In this document: positions 51,521-60,528 of the stretch, one piece after another
Layout of the letters: each line of letters opens with the position of its first letter
Position numbering within the stretch: the stretch's first letter is position 1
Virus record (IMG/VR): IMGVR_UViG_3300049141_000098
Coordinates: 96,001 to 160,000 of that record
Source of the DNA: a virus
Taxonomy: Duplodnaviria > Caudoviricetes
Reading direction: 5' to 3' (one strand)
DNA length: 64,000 nt
Notes under the pieces: model-generated
What the model saw: the letters and a program-made list of their open reading frames with translations, nothing else
What the model was told of the DNA's origin: nothing
Database searches by the model: none
Made by a program: the position numbers and the translations under genes

Positions 51521-51817
51521 TTGATTAGGTATGGAGTAACAAGAGAGCAGTATGTCGAGATGTTGCGTCAGCAGGGTGGCGGTTGTGCCATCTGCGGCGG
51601 CATGGACCTTGGCAAGAGATCTGGCTTCAAGCTCAGCGTGGACCACTGTCACGAGACCAACATCATCCGTGGTTTGTTGTGCAGCAACTGCAACTTGGCG
51701 ATTGGGTATTTTCGGGACAGGCCCGATTTATGCCGTGCAGGGGCTGTATATCTTGAACAAGAGCGAGAGGGTGCTCCCTTGATTGCGAACGGCGTAAGAG
51801 TTTCCGGGGCTCACTAA
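51521..51817 (+). CDS. endonuclease VII-family (HNH-like) nuclease, N-terminus possibly truncated
   Basis: YGVTREQY..ML..QGGGCAICG...LSVDHCHET..IRGLLCSNCN.AIG.F.D; AT-richer; TTA at 51728-51730. Confidence 0.88.
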   Translation: MIRYGVTREQYVEMLRQQGGGCAICGGMDLGKRSGFKLSVDHCHETNIIRGLLCSNCNLAIGYFRDRPDLCRAGAVYLEQEREGAPLIANGVRVSGAH

Positions 51818-51853
51818 TCTTGGTGGAGTGAACTAAGCTCTACCGGTGAAACG

Positions 51854-52174
51854 GTGAACATGAAGCACATGCGACGGTGGGGCGCTGTATACATTCTGAT
51901 CGCCTTGTGGGCCGGATCATGGGCTGCTCAAGCTTGGGCCATGCAGCCGGTGATTGAAAAGCAGGGATGGACTGAGTTCTGGGCAGCAACTTTTGAGAAC
52001 CTTCAGTCGGAGTGGGCTCAGCTCGTCTTCCAGGCAATCCTGTTGCTCGGTGCCAAGCACTGGCTCTTCCAGGCGGATGCCCGCGACCTGGAGCGAGTTG
52101 AGGAGAAGATCGATCGACTACTCGGCAACGAATCCGGCAACAAGGGCGTGCCGGTCAGTCGACCCGTGAAGTGA
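51854..52174 (+). CDS. DUF6766-like membrane protein
   Basis: FWAATFENLQSEWAQL motif with hydrophobic N-terminus. Confidence 0.65.
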   Translation: MNMKHMRRWGAVYILIALWAGSWAAQAWAMQPVIEKQGWTEFWAATFENLQSEWAQLVFQAILLLGAKHWLFQADARDLERVEEKIDRLLGNESGNKGVPVSRPVK

Positions 52175-52700
52175 ACCGCCGGACGAGGTCGTCAGGAACC
52201 GCGATGAACTTGCAGTTCGCCCAGCGGCAGATGTCCCTGGGGGCCGCGCCGTACTGGATGTAGGAGGCCGTGTCAGCGAAGCGGTCCCGGGCGAACTGCT
52301 CGGCGTCGAAGTCGATTCCGGACTCCTCGTGGCTGACCCTCTCTTGCTCCACGTTCCTGGCCCACTCTTCGTCTGTGCAGGCCCACTCGCGGCGCTCGTG
52401 AACGAGGAGGATGCCGGATGCCTGGACCTGCCAGTCTCGGTCCGTACGGAACGAGGTCGTCAGTTCCATGACCAGGTCGCCGACGCGCGGGTTGTACATC
52501 CGCTCGAAAGCGGCATCCCGGTCAGCGAACCGGGCGTGCAGGATGTCGTCGTACCGCTCCCGGGTCAGGGAGATCAACTCCAGCCTGCGGTCGACCGAGG
52601 CATCGTCCAGGGTCAGCAGATGCCCTTCGTCCAGGTCTCGGCCCTGAACTCCTTCATGGGGCTGGAGGTACTGTGTGGAAGACGTCATTCTTGTCACCAT
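52155..52700 (-). CDS. hypothetical protein
   Basis: SD GGAGAGGA; GC3 bias. Confidence 0.65.
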   Translation of the reverse strand: MVTRMTSSTQYLQPHEGVQGRDLDEGHLLTLDDASVDRRLELISLTRERYDDILHARFADRDAAFERMYNPRVGDLVMELTTSFRTDRDWQVQASGILLVHERREWACTDEEWARNVEQERVSHEESGIDFDAEQFARDRFADTASYIQYGAAPRDICRWANCKFIAVPDDLVRRFTSRVD

Positions 52701-52744
52701 TCCTCTCCGTTTCCTGGGATGAATTCTACCCGGAAAGGTGACAG

Positions 52745-52918
52745 TCAGAGCTTCCACATGCGAGTTCGGTGCCGCGTGGCAACGAACGAGGTCGGGGACG
52801 GCTTGATGTGATCAGGCCACCAGTTTTTCGGTTCGAATCGGGTAGCCCGGCCCGTTGTTCCGCCGTGGAAAGCCTGGGCATCTGCGGTGCAAGCCTGAGT
52901 TTCAGGAGTGCTGGCCAT
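52745..52918 (-). CDS. small hypothetical protein
   Basis: SD GAGGAGGGG. Confidence 0.45.
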   Translation of the reverse strand: MASTPETQACTADAQAFHGGTTGRATRFEPKNWWPDHIKPSPTSFVATRHRTRMWKL

Positions 52919-53120
52919 CGTGCCCCTCCTCGGTGCGCTTCCAGGGGTAATCGTTCTCCGCCGCCCATTCGGCCAGCTCCGCACTGTCGCCACCCCAGTG
53001 GGCCCCCAGGATGCGGAGAGGGGCTACCTTCTCGCCGGGCATGAGCTGATTGTAGATGTCCGGCTGAGAGCTTCGGCATGTATGAACGAGGCCGCCGGGG
53101 CGGAACGTCGTATCGCTCAT
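52902..53120 (-). CDS. small hypothetical protein
   Basis: SD AGGAG. Confidence 0.55.
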   Translation of the reverse strand: MSDTTFRPGGLVHTCRSSQPDIYNQLMPGEKVAPLRILGAHWGGDSAELAEWAAENDYPWKRTEEGHDGQHS

Positions 53121-53159
53121 TCGCCAAACTCCTTTGCCCATTCGATGAACTGATACAGC

Positions 53160-53606
53160 TCATACAGCATGACAGCCCCCTGTATGCAGAGGAACAGAGC
53201 GACAGACATCAAGGTGGTGGCCAGCGCGCCAAGAAGAATGCGCAGTGGCGACGGCGTAGGCATCGGCGGTCCCGCGAGAAAAGAGAGGGTGAATGATCAA
53301 CGCCATGTTACTGCGAGTCCGGCCTTGAAAAGACTCTGGCAGCAGCACCGGAAGGAGTGCCCGCGCGGAGTAAAAATGAGCGCCGAGGCCGAGGTGACCT
53401 GCCGCCAGAAGGTGCCAACCGTGAGCCGTCGCCTCGATGCTGGTGTCGGTGGCGGTATCGACGAGCGTGTTGGCGGCAGGCCTCAGGGGAGCGAACGGCG
53501 TCGAGGCCCACTGCCTGCCCGAAGGTGCAGCCACGCCGACGGTCAGGGTAGTTGTGAAGATTGCAGTGGAGCAGGTTCTGCCGTTGTCATATGCATGATT
53601 TCCCAC
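53160..53606 (-). CDS. hypothetical protein (uncertain)
   Basis: open frame with weak codon bias. Confidence 0.3.
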   Translation of the reverse strand: MGNHAYDNGRTCSTAIFTTTLTVGVAAPSGRQWASTPFAPLRPAANTLVDTATDTSIEATAHGWHLLAAGHLGLGAHFYSARALLPVLLPESFQGRTRSNMALIIHPLFSRGTADAYAVATAHSSWRAGHHLDVCRSVPLHTGGCHAV

Positions 53607-53662
53607 TCATAGTGCACATAAAATAGAGCTAGAACCAAACCGAAAAAGGAAAGGAGTGGGGC

Positions 53663-53956
53663 GTGACGATGAGTATGGCGACTGGGGTCTTGGCGAAGGG
53701 TGCGATGGAGGCGGCACTTTCGTTCGCCGAGTTGAGCTGGAACGACCTCAAGCGCGGACCGCACCCCGACGACGGACACGACTGCCTCTACGTGGAGGCC
53801 GACATACAGCAGTACAGCCAGTTCTTGACGGCCCTCGCCGTTCAGTACAGGACGGCCGACCGGCTGCTCTTCATGACTGACCAGGTGCGGCTCCAGCATG
53901 ACGACCAGGGAGACACCAGGTTCTGGCTGCCCGGGGTGGAGGTCACTGGCCGGTGA
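53663..53956 (+). CDS. hypothetical protein
   Basis: SD AAGGAG; divergent orientation. Confidence 0.6.
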   Translation: MTMSMATGVLAKGAMEAALSFAELSWNDLKRGPHPDDGHDCLYVEADIQQYSQFLTALAVQYRTADRLLFMTDQVRLQHDDQGDTRFWLPGVEVTGR

Positions 53957-54000
53957 ACGAACGAAGGGGGCATCACCGGGTGCCCCCTTCTCGGTGCCGC

Positions 54001-54198
54001 CTACGCCTGGCGGGCGTCGCCTTCCGGGCAATCCTCATCGGCGGCTCGCAAGTCGGCCAGAAGGTCCTCCCCCAGGGTGCGGGCGTCCGCGATGGCCAGT
54101 TCCACGTCAGTGATCATCAAGACCAGCTCCTCTGGAGTCCTGCCCCGGAGGCGCCTCATGATCTCCGCAAATCCCGTCGCCTTCTCTTCGTCACTCAT
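54001..54198 (-). CDS. small hypothetical protein
   Basis: GC3 bias. Confidence 0.55.
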   Translation of the reverse strand: MSDEEKATGFAEIMRRLRGRTPEELVLMITDVELAIADARTLGEDLLADLRAADEDCPEGDARQA

Positions 54199-54273
54199 GC
54201 GAGGAGGCTCCGAGCGTCCTTGCGGGAGACCTGTTTCGTTACCCAGCACAGTCCACCCCCCGGGGCCCCTGCG

Positions 54274-54747
54274 TCATTCCCCCCGCTTCCTGCGCTTGCG
54301 GCTGCCTGGCGCGTTGACCGTCTCTTCCCAGCCGTCGGGCACATTTGGCTGCACGCCGATCAGGAGCACCCAACCACCCCGCTCCACACCCTCCTCCTGG
54401 AGGATGTCGTCCAGCTTGCCGACAGGTTCCCCTTCTTCGCCGATGACCGTGCCGTCCTGATCGAAGCCGACCACCTCGACGGAGCTTTCACCTCCGCCGG
54501 GCTTAGTGCGAAAGACCACGTCAGGGGCGTAGTCCCAGACGGCGAAGAACTCGTTCGGTGACCACTCCCCACGGCCTCCCGAGTTGACCCGGAAGGCCGC
54601 GTTCTTCACGGAGTCCATGCGGTTCTTCGGGAAGGCCGCATCCGCAACGAGCATCGTGGGGTTGGCGACCAGGGCCGCTTCCTTCGTCGTGTATGACGAA
54701 GGTCCCTTCGGAGGCTTCCTCAGGTACACACCACGAATGCGAGCCAC
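54274..54747 (-). CDS. hypothetical protein
   Basis: SD AGGAG, GTG start. Confidence 0.65.
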   Translation of the reverse strand: MARIRGVYLRKPPKGPSSYTTKEAALVANPTMLVADAAFPKNRMDSVKNAAFRVNSGGRGEWSPNEFFAVWDYAPDVVFRTKPGGGESSVEVVGFDQDGTVIGEEGEPVGKLDDILQEEGVERGGWVLLIGVQPNVPDGWEETVNAPGSRKRRKRGE

Positions 54748-54816
54748 TGGGCCAACTCCTTCGGAGACGGAAACGATGCAGGATGCTACCCGCACTGAGC
54801 AGCGCCTGCACCTACC

Positions 54817-55107
54817 CTAGGCTGCCAGGAGATCACCCGAAAATTCAGGGAGGAACAGGGGCAGCTTCAAGAACGGAAGCGACCGGAAGTCCCCAGAGGG
54901 ATTGGCTGGACGCAGGGTGTCTCCCGTGGGGTACATGAAGCCTTCGGCAGCATCCCAGGCCTCGTCCTCCGTGGTGAACAGGACCCCACCCAGTCTCTCT
55001 ATCGCAGCGGCCGTCACCGGGCCGACGGGGTAAGGCTCAAGCCCCCGGATGAAGAGCGGGAAGTCCCGCGCAGTCCAGAGGTTGTGACGAACCAGGGTGT
55101 AGGTCAT
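54817..55107 (-). CDS. hypothetical protein
   Basis: SD GGAAAGGGG. Confidence 0.6.
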   Translation of the reverse strand: MTYTLVRHNLWTARDFPLFIRGLEPYPVGPVTAAAIERLGGVLFTTEDEAWDAAEGFMYPTGDTLRPANPSGDFRSLPFLKLPLFLPEFSGDLLAA

Positions 55108-55135
55108 CGCTGTTCCCCTTTCCGGAGGTGCTCGA

Positions 55136-55348
55136 TCAGACCGTGATGGTCTCGATGCTGCGCACCGGCCCCTCGGCCGGTGGGATGTCGTCGCAGTCGA
55201 TGCGGTACCAGAGCTGGCGCCTGAGATCATCCAGGGCTTCTTCTCTGGTGTCTCCGCTGCCGGTGAGCCCCGTCCGGGGCTCCTTTGCGATCACGCCGTG
55301 TCGTCCGTAGTCGAGAACATCGACAGTGAACTCCACCGTATTCTCCAT
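55136..55348 (-). CDS. HicB-like antitoxin-fold protein
   Basis: IA..P..G..GSGDTREEALDDLR..L...I...DIP. Confidence 0.65.
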   Translation of the reverse strand: MENTVEFTVDVLDYGRHGVIAKEPRTGLTGSGDTREEALDDLRRQLWYRIDCDDIPPAEGPVRSIETITV

Positions 55349-55374
55349 CTCTTAGGGGGTTACGGTAGCACGAA

Positions 55375-55399
55375 AAAGGACCCCCATCGGGGGTCCTTT
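55375..55399 (-). terminator. intrinsic terminator
   Basis: AAAGGACCCC CATC GGGGTCCTTT with A-run on the left (T-run on the minus strand). Confidence 0.75.
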
Positions 55400-55434
55400 C
55401 CGTGTTAAATCTGCGCCTGAAAACGGTTAGCCGG

Positions 55435-55848
55435 TCAGCTTCCCTGCTCCAGGAACTTCAGCTCGTCCAGAGCGCGCCTGTGCTGCTTCCTGTAGCGCGT
55501 CTCGTCTCGCTCGGCCTTGGCCGCCGCCTCCAGGTGCTTCTCTTTCCGCTCCTTCGCGTCCGCTTCGGCCGCGACGAGGCGGGCGATCTCCGCCCGCTTG
55601 ATCTCAGCTTCGGAGCGAGTGCCGGAGTTCTCCTGGATCCACTTGATGAAGTCGTCCAGCTCGGTGGCGACGAAGTACTTCGTCTTGCCGAACTTCTTCG
55701 CGACCTCAGGGATGCGGTTGGCGTATCTCGTGAAGTGCGAAGAGAGAGACTGGGCGGTGATCGCGGTTCTCTTCTCGAAGTCCGCGCGCGTTTCCAGCTC
55801 GTCCTCGCGACCTCTGAACTCTGGGCGCAGCCACTCAACCCCAGCCAT
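55435..55848 (-). CDS. Xis/AlpA-like HTH protein with C-terminal coiled coil
   Basis: ADFEKRTAITAQSLSS...FGKTKYFVATELDDFIKW; charged helical tail. Confidence 0.6.
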   Translation of the reverse strand: MAGVEWLRPEFRGREDELETRADFEKRTAITAQSLSSHFTRYANRIPEVAKKFGKTKYFVATELDDFIKWIQENSGTRSEAEIKRAEIARLVAAEADAKERKEKHLEAAAKAERDETRYRKQHRRALDELKFLEQGS

Positions 55849-56957
55849 TACGCAACCTTCTCCTGGTGGAACTTACGGACGTCGTCAGCACGCCAGACCT
55901 CAGGCAGGTCGGAGTGCTCGGACACCGAGCGAAGCTGAGACAGCTCCGTGATGCCCGGCCCTTCCCTGCGCTCCTCCCACATGCGGTAGTCCAGCCAGAT
56001 CTGCATGGCTCGGCGCACGTGCCCCACCTGCTGGCGCCGTTCGAGGTCAGTGACCGACTTGCTGCCTCCACTGCGCACCAGGTACAGCTTGCGAAGCAGG
56101 AACCTCGGGTCCTTGCCCTTGTCTCCGATGCTGGGGAAGCCTTCGCTGTAGCCCGGCTTCAGGCCGCTGAGGAAAGACTGGACGTGATACACGTCGGCCC
56201 CGGCGGCGAGAGCCATCATCGTGGACGCAGCGAGCGCGCTGAGCGGGATCCTGCTGGCCGCAGCCTGGACCACTTCCCGCATCCAGCTTCCGCCGTTCTC
56301 CCAACTCTCATGGAAGAACGGCCAGTCGTGCACCAGGTCGTAGATTTCTTGGTTGGTCGCGTCGGAGATCTGCCACTCGCTCTTCTCGACCCCGTAGATC
56401 ACCGGCAGGATGAGCTTGGCCGCCGCAGCGCAATAGTGCGCATACGGGACATCTCCGAGAAGCTGGCCCGCGTTGCGTCCACGGTTGGTATCCGTAACCG
56501 CGAACGTATCCCACTGCCCGTTCACCGTGACGGGAACCCAGATGGACTTCTTGGCCAGGAACGCTGCGGCGGCCCGGTGCTGTCCGTCCAGCAGGAAGCC
56601 TTCGCGCGTGAAGACCATAGGTGAAGCGATGCGAGGGTTCCATTCGTCGTCCTGGATGGTCCGGATCAGACCCTTGTTGTTGCGGGAACCCTTGAGGGCG
56701 GCCATCAGGAACGACCGATTGCTGGTCATCTTGTCGTGCTTGAGGCGCTTCGGCATCACGCCGAGCCGGATCACTCGGTACCTGAGGATGTCCCCAGCCA
56801 TCTCTGGCGTGATTTCCTGCGCCTTGTGAGGGAAGGGCATGTCCTTCGGGTGACCCCGGGGAATCTCAGGGAGCGGGAACTTGGACTTGCGGGGATCGGA
56901 GACGAACTCGAACCCGAGCACCTTCTCGATCGCACTTCCGGCGTCATCATGCGCCAC
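55848..56957 (-). CDS. ParB/Srx-like (DGQHR motif) protein
   Basis: PMVFTREGFLLDGQHRAAA...FAVTDTNRGRNAGQLL. Confidence 0.8.
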   Translation of the reverse strand: MAHDDAGSAIEKVLGFEFVSDPRKSKFPLPEIPRGHPKDMPFPHKAQEITPEMAGDILRYRVIRLGVMPKRLKHDKMTSNRSFLMAALKGSRNNKGLIRTIQDDEWNPRIASPMVFTREGFLLDGQHRAAAAFLAKKSIWVPVTVNGQWDTFAVTDTNRGRNAGQLLGDVPYAHYCAAAAKLILPVIYGVEKSEWQISDATNQEIYDLVHDWPFFHESWENGGSWMREVVQAAASRIPLSALAASTMMALAAGADVYHVQSFLSGLKPGYSEGFPSIGDKGKDPRFLLRKLYLVRSGGSKSVTDLERRQQVGHVRRAMQIWLDYRMWEERREGPGITELSQLRSVSEHSDLPEVWRADDVRKFHQEKVA

Positions 56958-57053
56958 GTGTATCTCCTTTCCAAGAACACTACTTGAATCAAACATCGTT
57001 ACGGCGGGCGCCGTCAACACCGTCGTCTTTGCGGTGTTGACGGCCGTGATGCT

Positions 57054-57309
57054 CTAGTCCAGAATCCGGTCCACGATCTTGCCGAAGGCGTTGCCGATCA
57101 TGTCGCCAGCCCCCTCCGCCAGGTCACTGATGCGCCCACCCAGCCTCGACTGCCTGCCCCTCCGCCCCGGGTCTCGTCCGGGGCGGAGGGGAATCGCCGT
57201 GATCCTTCTGGTGGGCGGCAAGAGCGAAGTCCGCAAGCTTGTCATCCATGTCGAACGGCTTGCCGCAGACAGGGCAGTGGTAGATGTTCTCGCCCTCGCC
57301 CTCGCTCAC
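57054..57309 (-). CDS. small hypothetical protein, apparently split by a frameshift near 57165-57175
   Basis: MSEGEGENIYHCPVCGK... in one frame, ...GRISDLAEGAGDMIGNAFGKIVDRILD in another. Confidence 0.4.
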
Positions 57310-57764
57310 GCCTCCCCCGCCCCTTCGGAGGCGCCCTGATTCGTGAGACCGGCCTGGCGGATGATGTGCCGAGCCAGGCGAACCGTCTCGGGTCCGCCCA
57401 CGCGATTCAGCAGATCCAGGTTCATGCGGCCCACTCGGGACAGGGACTTGAAGACGTCCGACAGCAGCGCCGCAGTCCCCGGATCCCTCATGAGTCGGTC
57501 CGACTCCCCGCAGAGCAGCAGTGCCGCCTTCTCCAGGTCGCTCTGGCCGGACTCACCGACAGGTCGCTCCAGATCCACGAGGCCGGTTAGGCCGTGGGGT
57601 TCGGGACGGCGCCAGACGCCGTCATCCCCCTTCTCGAACTCGGAAATGCACACCCAGTTCCCGCTGTAGAGCTTTGTACCGTGGTCGTCGCTGAAGCCGT
57701 CAATCGTCGTCCGACGCCCTCGGTCGATCAGCGGGTCACCCTTCGTGGGCTCAGGCCGGTCCAT
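57306..57764 (-). CDS. hypothetical protein
   Basis: SD GGAAAGGGG. Confidence 0.65.
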   Translation of the reverse strand: MDRPEPTKGDPLIDRGRRTTIDGFSDDHGTKLYSGNWVCISEFEKGDDGVWRRPEPHGLTGLVDLERPVGESGQSDLEKAALLLCGESDRLMRDPGTAALLSDVFKSLSRVGRMNLDLLNRVGGPETVRLARHIIRQAGLTNQGASEGAGEA

Positions 57765-57813
57765 GTCCCTCCCCTTTCCGTTTCGCTCAGTCGTGGCGGT
57801 ATGAGCACAGATG

Positions 57814-58146
57814 TCAGGCGGTCAGGCCGAGGCGTACGTATTGCCAGTTGACCTGGCCAAACGCCTCAAGGACCGACAGGGTGTCATCGTGATCGGCAAG
57901 CGCGCCGGATACCTTGTCGAGAAGGCGAACCGCGTCACGCGTGAGACGACGGCGCTCTTCGGAGGAAAGAGAGGTGCGGTCGAAGAGCAGCCGCGTGAGG
58001 TACACCCTCACCTCTTCGCCGGTTTCGTCCAGCTTCGCGTAGTTGCAGGCGGTATCGAAGAACCTGGAGTCGTTCTCGATCCAGACGGAGATGCTGTGAG
58101 TCGGCCAGTTCTGCCCATCGTACGGACCCTCGTTCGGGTTGGTCAT
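57814..58146 (-). CDS. hypothetical protein
   Basis: NWPT..ISVWIEND motif; SD AAGGAAG. Confidence 0.65.
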   Translation of the reverse strand: MTNPNEGPYDGQNWPTHSISVWIENDSRFFDTACNYAKLDETGEEVRVYLTRLLFDRTSLSSEERRRLTRDAVRLLDKVSGALADHDDTLSVLEAFGQVNWQYVRLGLTA

Positions 58147-58214
58147 ACCCTTCTTCCTTTCCGATTCCGGCGCCCTTCCGGGCGCCCTCCAGTCCTCTTC
58201 GAGCGGCTTCCAGG

Positions 58215-58248
58215 GGGCTTCCAGGTTGGAATTCCAACCTGGAAGCCC
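58215..58248. repeat. perfect 34-bp palindrome
   Basis: GGGCTTCCAGGTTGGAATTCCAACCTGGAAGCCC, no loop. Confidence 0.95.
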
Positions 58249-58256
58249 AGGTCAGG

Positions 58257-58613
58257 TCACCTCTGCGGGTCCCAAGCGGTACTGCTCTTGTGACAGTCCA
58301 CGTACGCCTGCGGCGACCAGTCCTCTTCGGAGAGGAAGCCAATCTCCTTCTGGCGCTGAACCCACATCAGGTAGTGGGCTCGCCAGTTGCCGACGATCGC
58401 CCACTGGTGATCTGGCCAGTCGTGCTCGATGCTTCGCTTGTGACCTTCGGCGGACCGCCACGGGTTGGGCCGGTCGTCGGTCTCCTCGAAGTACGAGTTC
58501 ATGAGGCCGCCCCTGCGGGGCAGGTCGTCCTCCAGCAGAACGGCGAGGAGCTGCACCTTGCCAGGAACGGTGCCGTTCACATCGGCGAGAGTCGGCTTAC
58601 CCTTCGGCTGCAT
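58257..58613 (-). CDS. hypothetical protein
   Basis: SD GGAGAGAAGG. Confidence 0.65.
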   Translation of the reverse strand: MQPKGKPTLADVNGTVPGKVQLLAVLLEDDLPRRGGLMNSYFEETDDRPNPWRSAEGHKRSIEHDWPDHQWAIVGNWRAHYLMWVQRQKEIGFLSEEDWSPQAYVDCHKSSTAWDPQR

Positions 58614-58782
58614 GGCTGTCCTTCTCTCCACTCAGGCCTGTCATCACGGGCGTCCAGCTCTTGACGCCCTTCACGGTCGGCGCCTCTGCCAGCGCCTTCC
58701 GGTTCGCCTCCTGGGCGGAACCGGCTTCCACGAACACCTCTGCTGAGGCGTGCCCGTGCAGAACAACTCGGTACAGCGACAT
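58597..58782 (-). CDS. small hypothetical protein
   Basis: SD GGAGAGGAGAGG. Confidence 0.55.
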   Translation of the reverse strand: MSLYRVVLHGHASAEVFVEAGSAQEANRKALAEAPTVKGVKSWTPVMTGLSGEKDSHAAEG

Positions 58783-58807
58783 CAGATCCTCTCCTCTCCG
58801 TAACTGC

Positions 58808-59494
58808 TCACCGCCCTTGCAGCGTCTTCCTTCGGCAGCGCTCGACGGCTGCCCTCAGACGCTTCTCGGAGACGCCCTGCTCCTTCGGGAGCCCTCTTTC
58901 GTAGGCCTGAGCTAGCTGCTCATCCCGGGTTCCATCGGGCGGCGCAAACAGGGGTTCGCCCGGGTCGTCCCTCAATTCCGCCAGGCCGTTGGCGATCGTC
59001 CAGGCGACCAAGGGGCGATACCCCTCCAGGCGGTCGTATGCGTCGTCCCAGTCCTCGGCGACGAGCTGAGCCGTCAGCTCCAGGAATGGGAAGGCATGCG
59101 CGATCCGTCGCCAATCATCGTTCACTTCACCGACTTTGGGCCACTTCCCGAGCAGAGCCATTCCTGGGCAGTGCACCTGACCGCCCCAGCTCACCCACCC
59201 GTGTGGACCGTCCACGCTGAACGAGGCGATCTGATCGTTGTAAACGTAGTGAGGGTCAAGGGCGCCGAGGCCTTCGGCCACCGCGTCCCACTCGTCGTAC
59301 CAGCCATCATCACCCAGCTTCGAGGTCACGCCGAACGCGCGACGCACCATCGAGTTGACCTTGCGCTCATTGCAGGTCACTCCCCCATGGAACGACGTGG
59401 TACGGAGGATGACCAGGTCAGCCTGCTCCGGTCGGATGTTCTTGCCTCGCACTATCAGACGCGGCCACTTCGGTAGTTTCACTTCGTACGACAT
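58808..59494 (-). CDS. hypothetical protein
   Basis: KWPRLIVRG...GKWP...W..IAHAFPFLEL; SD GGAGGAGGG. Confidence 0.75.
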   Translation of the reverse strand: MSYEVKLPKWPRLIVRGKNIRPEQADLVILRTTSFHGGVTCNERKVNSMVRRAFGVTSKLGDDGWYDEWDAVAEGLGALDPHYVYNDQIASFSVDGPHGWVSWGGQVHCPGMALLGKWPKVGEVNDDWRRIAHAFPFLELTAQLVAEDWDDAYDRLEGYRPLVAWTIANGLAELRDDPGEPLFAPPDGTRDEQLAQAYERGLPKEQGVSEKRLRAAVERCRRKTLQGR

Positions 59495-59505
59495 GAGCCC
59501 TCCTC

Positions 59506-59874
59506 CTACAGCTCGCCTTCGAGCACGGCCAGGATCTTCTCCAGGACGGGGACGGGCTGCTTCTTGCGCCAGACCTCGACACCGTGAGCCCGCAGGGCGG
59601 CCTCGACTTCATCGCGGGTCTGCTCCAGCTTCCAGTCCTCCGGTTTCCACAGCTCGCTGTGGCCGTAGCCGTCGTTGATGATGCCGTTTTCGATCCTGTA
59701 CGCGTGAGTCCCGAACTCCGGCTTGCCTTCCTGCTTCAGGACGTGCACGAGCTTGGTGCCGACCTTGTGCACGATGCGGGTGCGCGGCTTCTGGTCCCGA
59801 GCCTTGCGCTGGAGGTCGCTCCGGTCCACGAGCAGCAGCTCATCCCCCGGCTGGACGCCCTTCAGGCTTCCCAT
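59506..59874 (-). CDS. hypothetical beta-barrel-like protein
   Basis: GC3 bias. Confidence 0.65.
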   Translation of the reverse strand: MGSLKGVQPGDELLLVDRSDLQRKARDQKPRTRIVHKVGTKLVHVLKQEGKPEFGTHAYRIENGIINDGYGHSELWKPEDWKLEQTRDEVEAALRAHGVEVWRKKQPVPVLEKILAVLEGEL

Positions 59875-60158
59875 CGCTCCCCCAGCAGGTCATCGATCTT
59901 GTCGTGGAATGAACGGTGCGCATTCAGGTGCACTACGGAATCTTCGTGGTGTGTTCCGTCGTGTAGGACGAGGGCGCCACACTCCTTGCAGGAGGTCACG
60001 GCCCAGCCGCTGGGATATGACTCCACGCCCTCGAAGCCACCCCGCGCCGAAGGCTCCAGCGCTTCTGTGAACCATTCGTTGAACCACAAGCTGAAGCAGT
60101 GCCGCGCCCCCAACTTGGGGTCGACCCGTTTCTCGCTCCAGGTCGTGTCATGGAGCAT
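59862..60158 (-). CDS. hypothetical protein
   Basis: CKECGALV...H..FH. Confidence 0.6.
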   Translation of the reverse strand: MLHDTTWSEKRVDPKLGARHCFSLWFNEWFTEALEPSARGGFEGVESYPSGWAVTSCKECGALVLHDGTHHEDSVVHLNAHRSFHDKIDDLLGERWEA

Positions 60159-60167
60159 GTCGCCTCC

Positions 60168-60503
60168 TCAGAAGCCCTGGCTGATCCAGCGCACGCCATA
60201 CAGGCCGGACTGGACATTCTGGCCGGTGTGCTCGACGAGCACCCGGTAGTGCCACTTGCAGTGCCTGCACTGCTCCGACCAACCGCCTTGCCTCTTGGCC
60301 AGATCGGACGTGATGCCGTTGAAGCTCAGGCGCCGGGTGTGAGTGACGCAGCAGGGGGAGGTGGTGATGATCCTCGGCTCGTCACTGAAGGCAGCCTCCA
60401 GGATGGCAGGGCGAACCACCGCCACACCCTTCCGGCTGGCGCTGTAGTTGTCGTACTCCTCGCCGATCAGGTAGACGTCCTTGCGTTCGGTCACGTTGTT
60501 CAC
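60168..60503 (-). CDS. hypothetical protein
   Basis: SD GGAAAGGG. Confidence 0.6.
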   Translation of the reverse strand: MNNVTERKDVYLIGEEYDNYSASRKGVAVVRPAILEAAFSDEPRIITTSPCCVTHTRRLSFNGITSDLAKRQGGWSEQCRHCKWHYRVLVEHTGQNVQSGLYGVRWISQGF

Positions 60504-60528
60504 CCTTTCCGATTCGTCAAGTCGGGAG

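Noticed and set aside
55848-56957. Phosphorothioate (Dnd) system
   Set aside because: DGQHR motif alone; no dndC/D/E or ssp genes in the window
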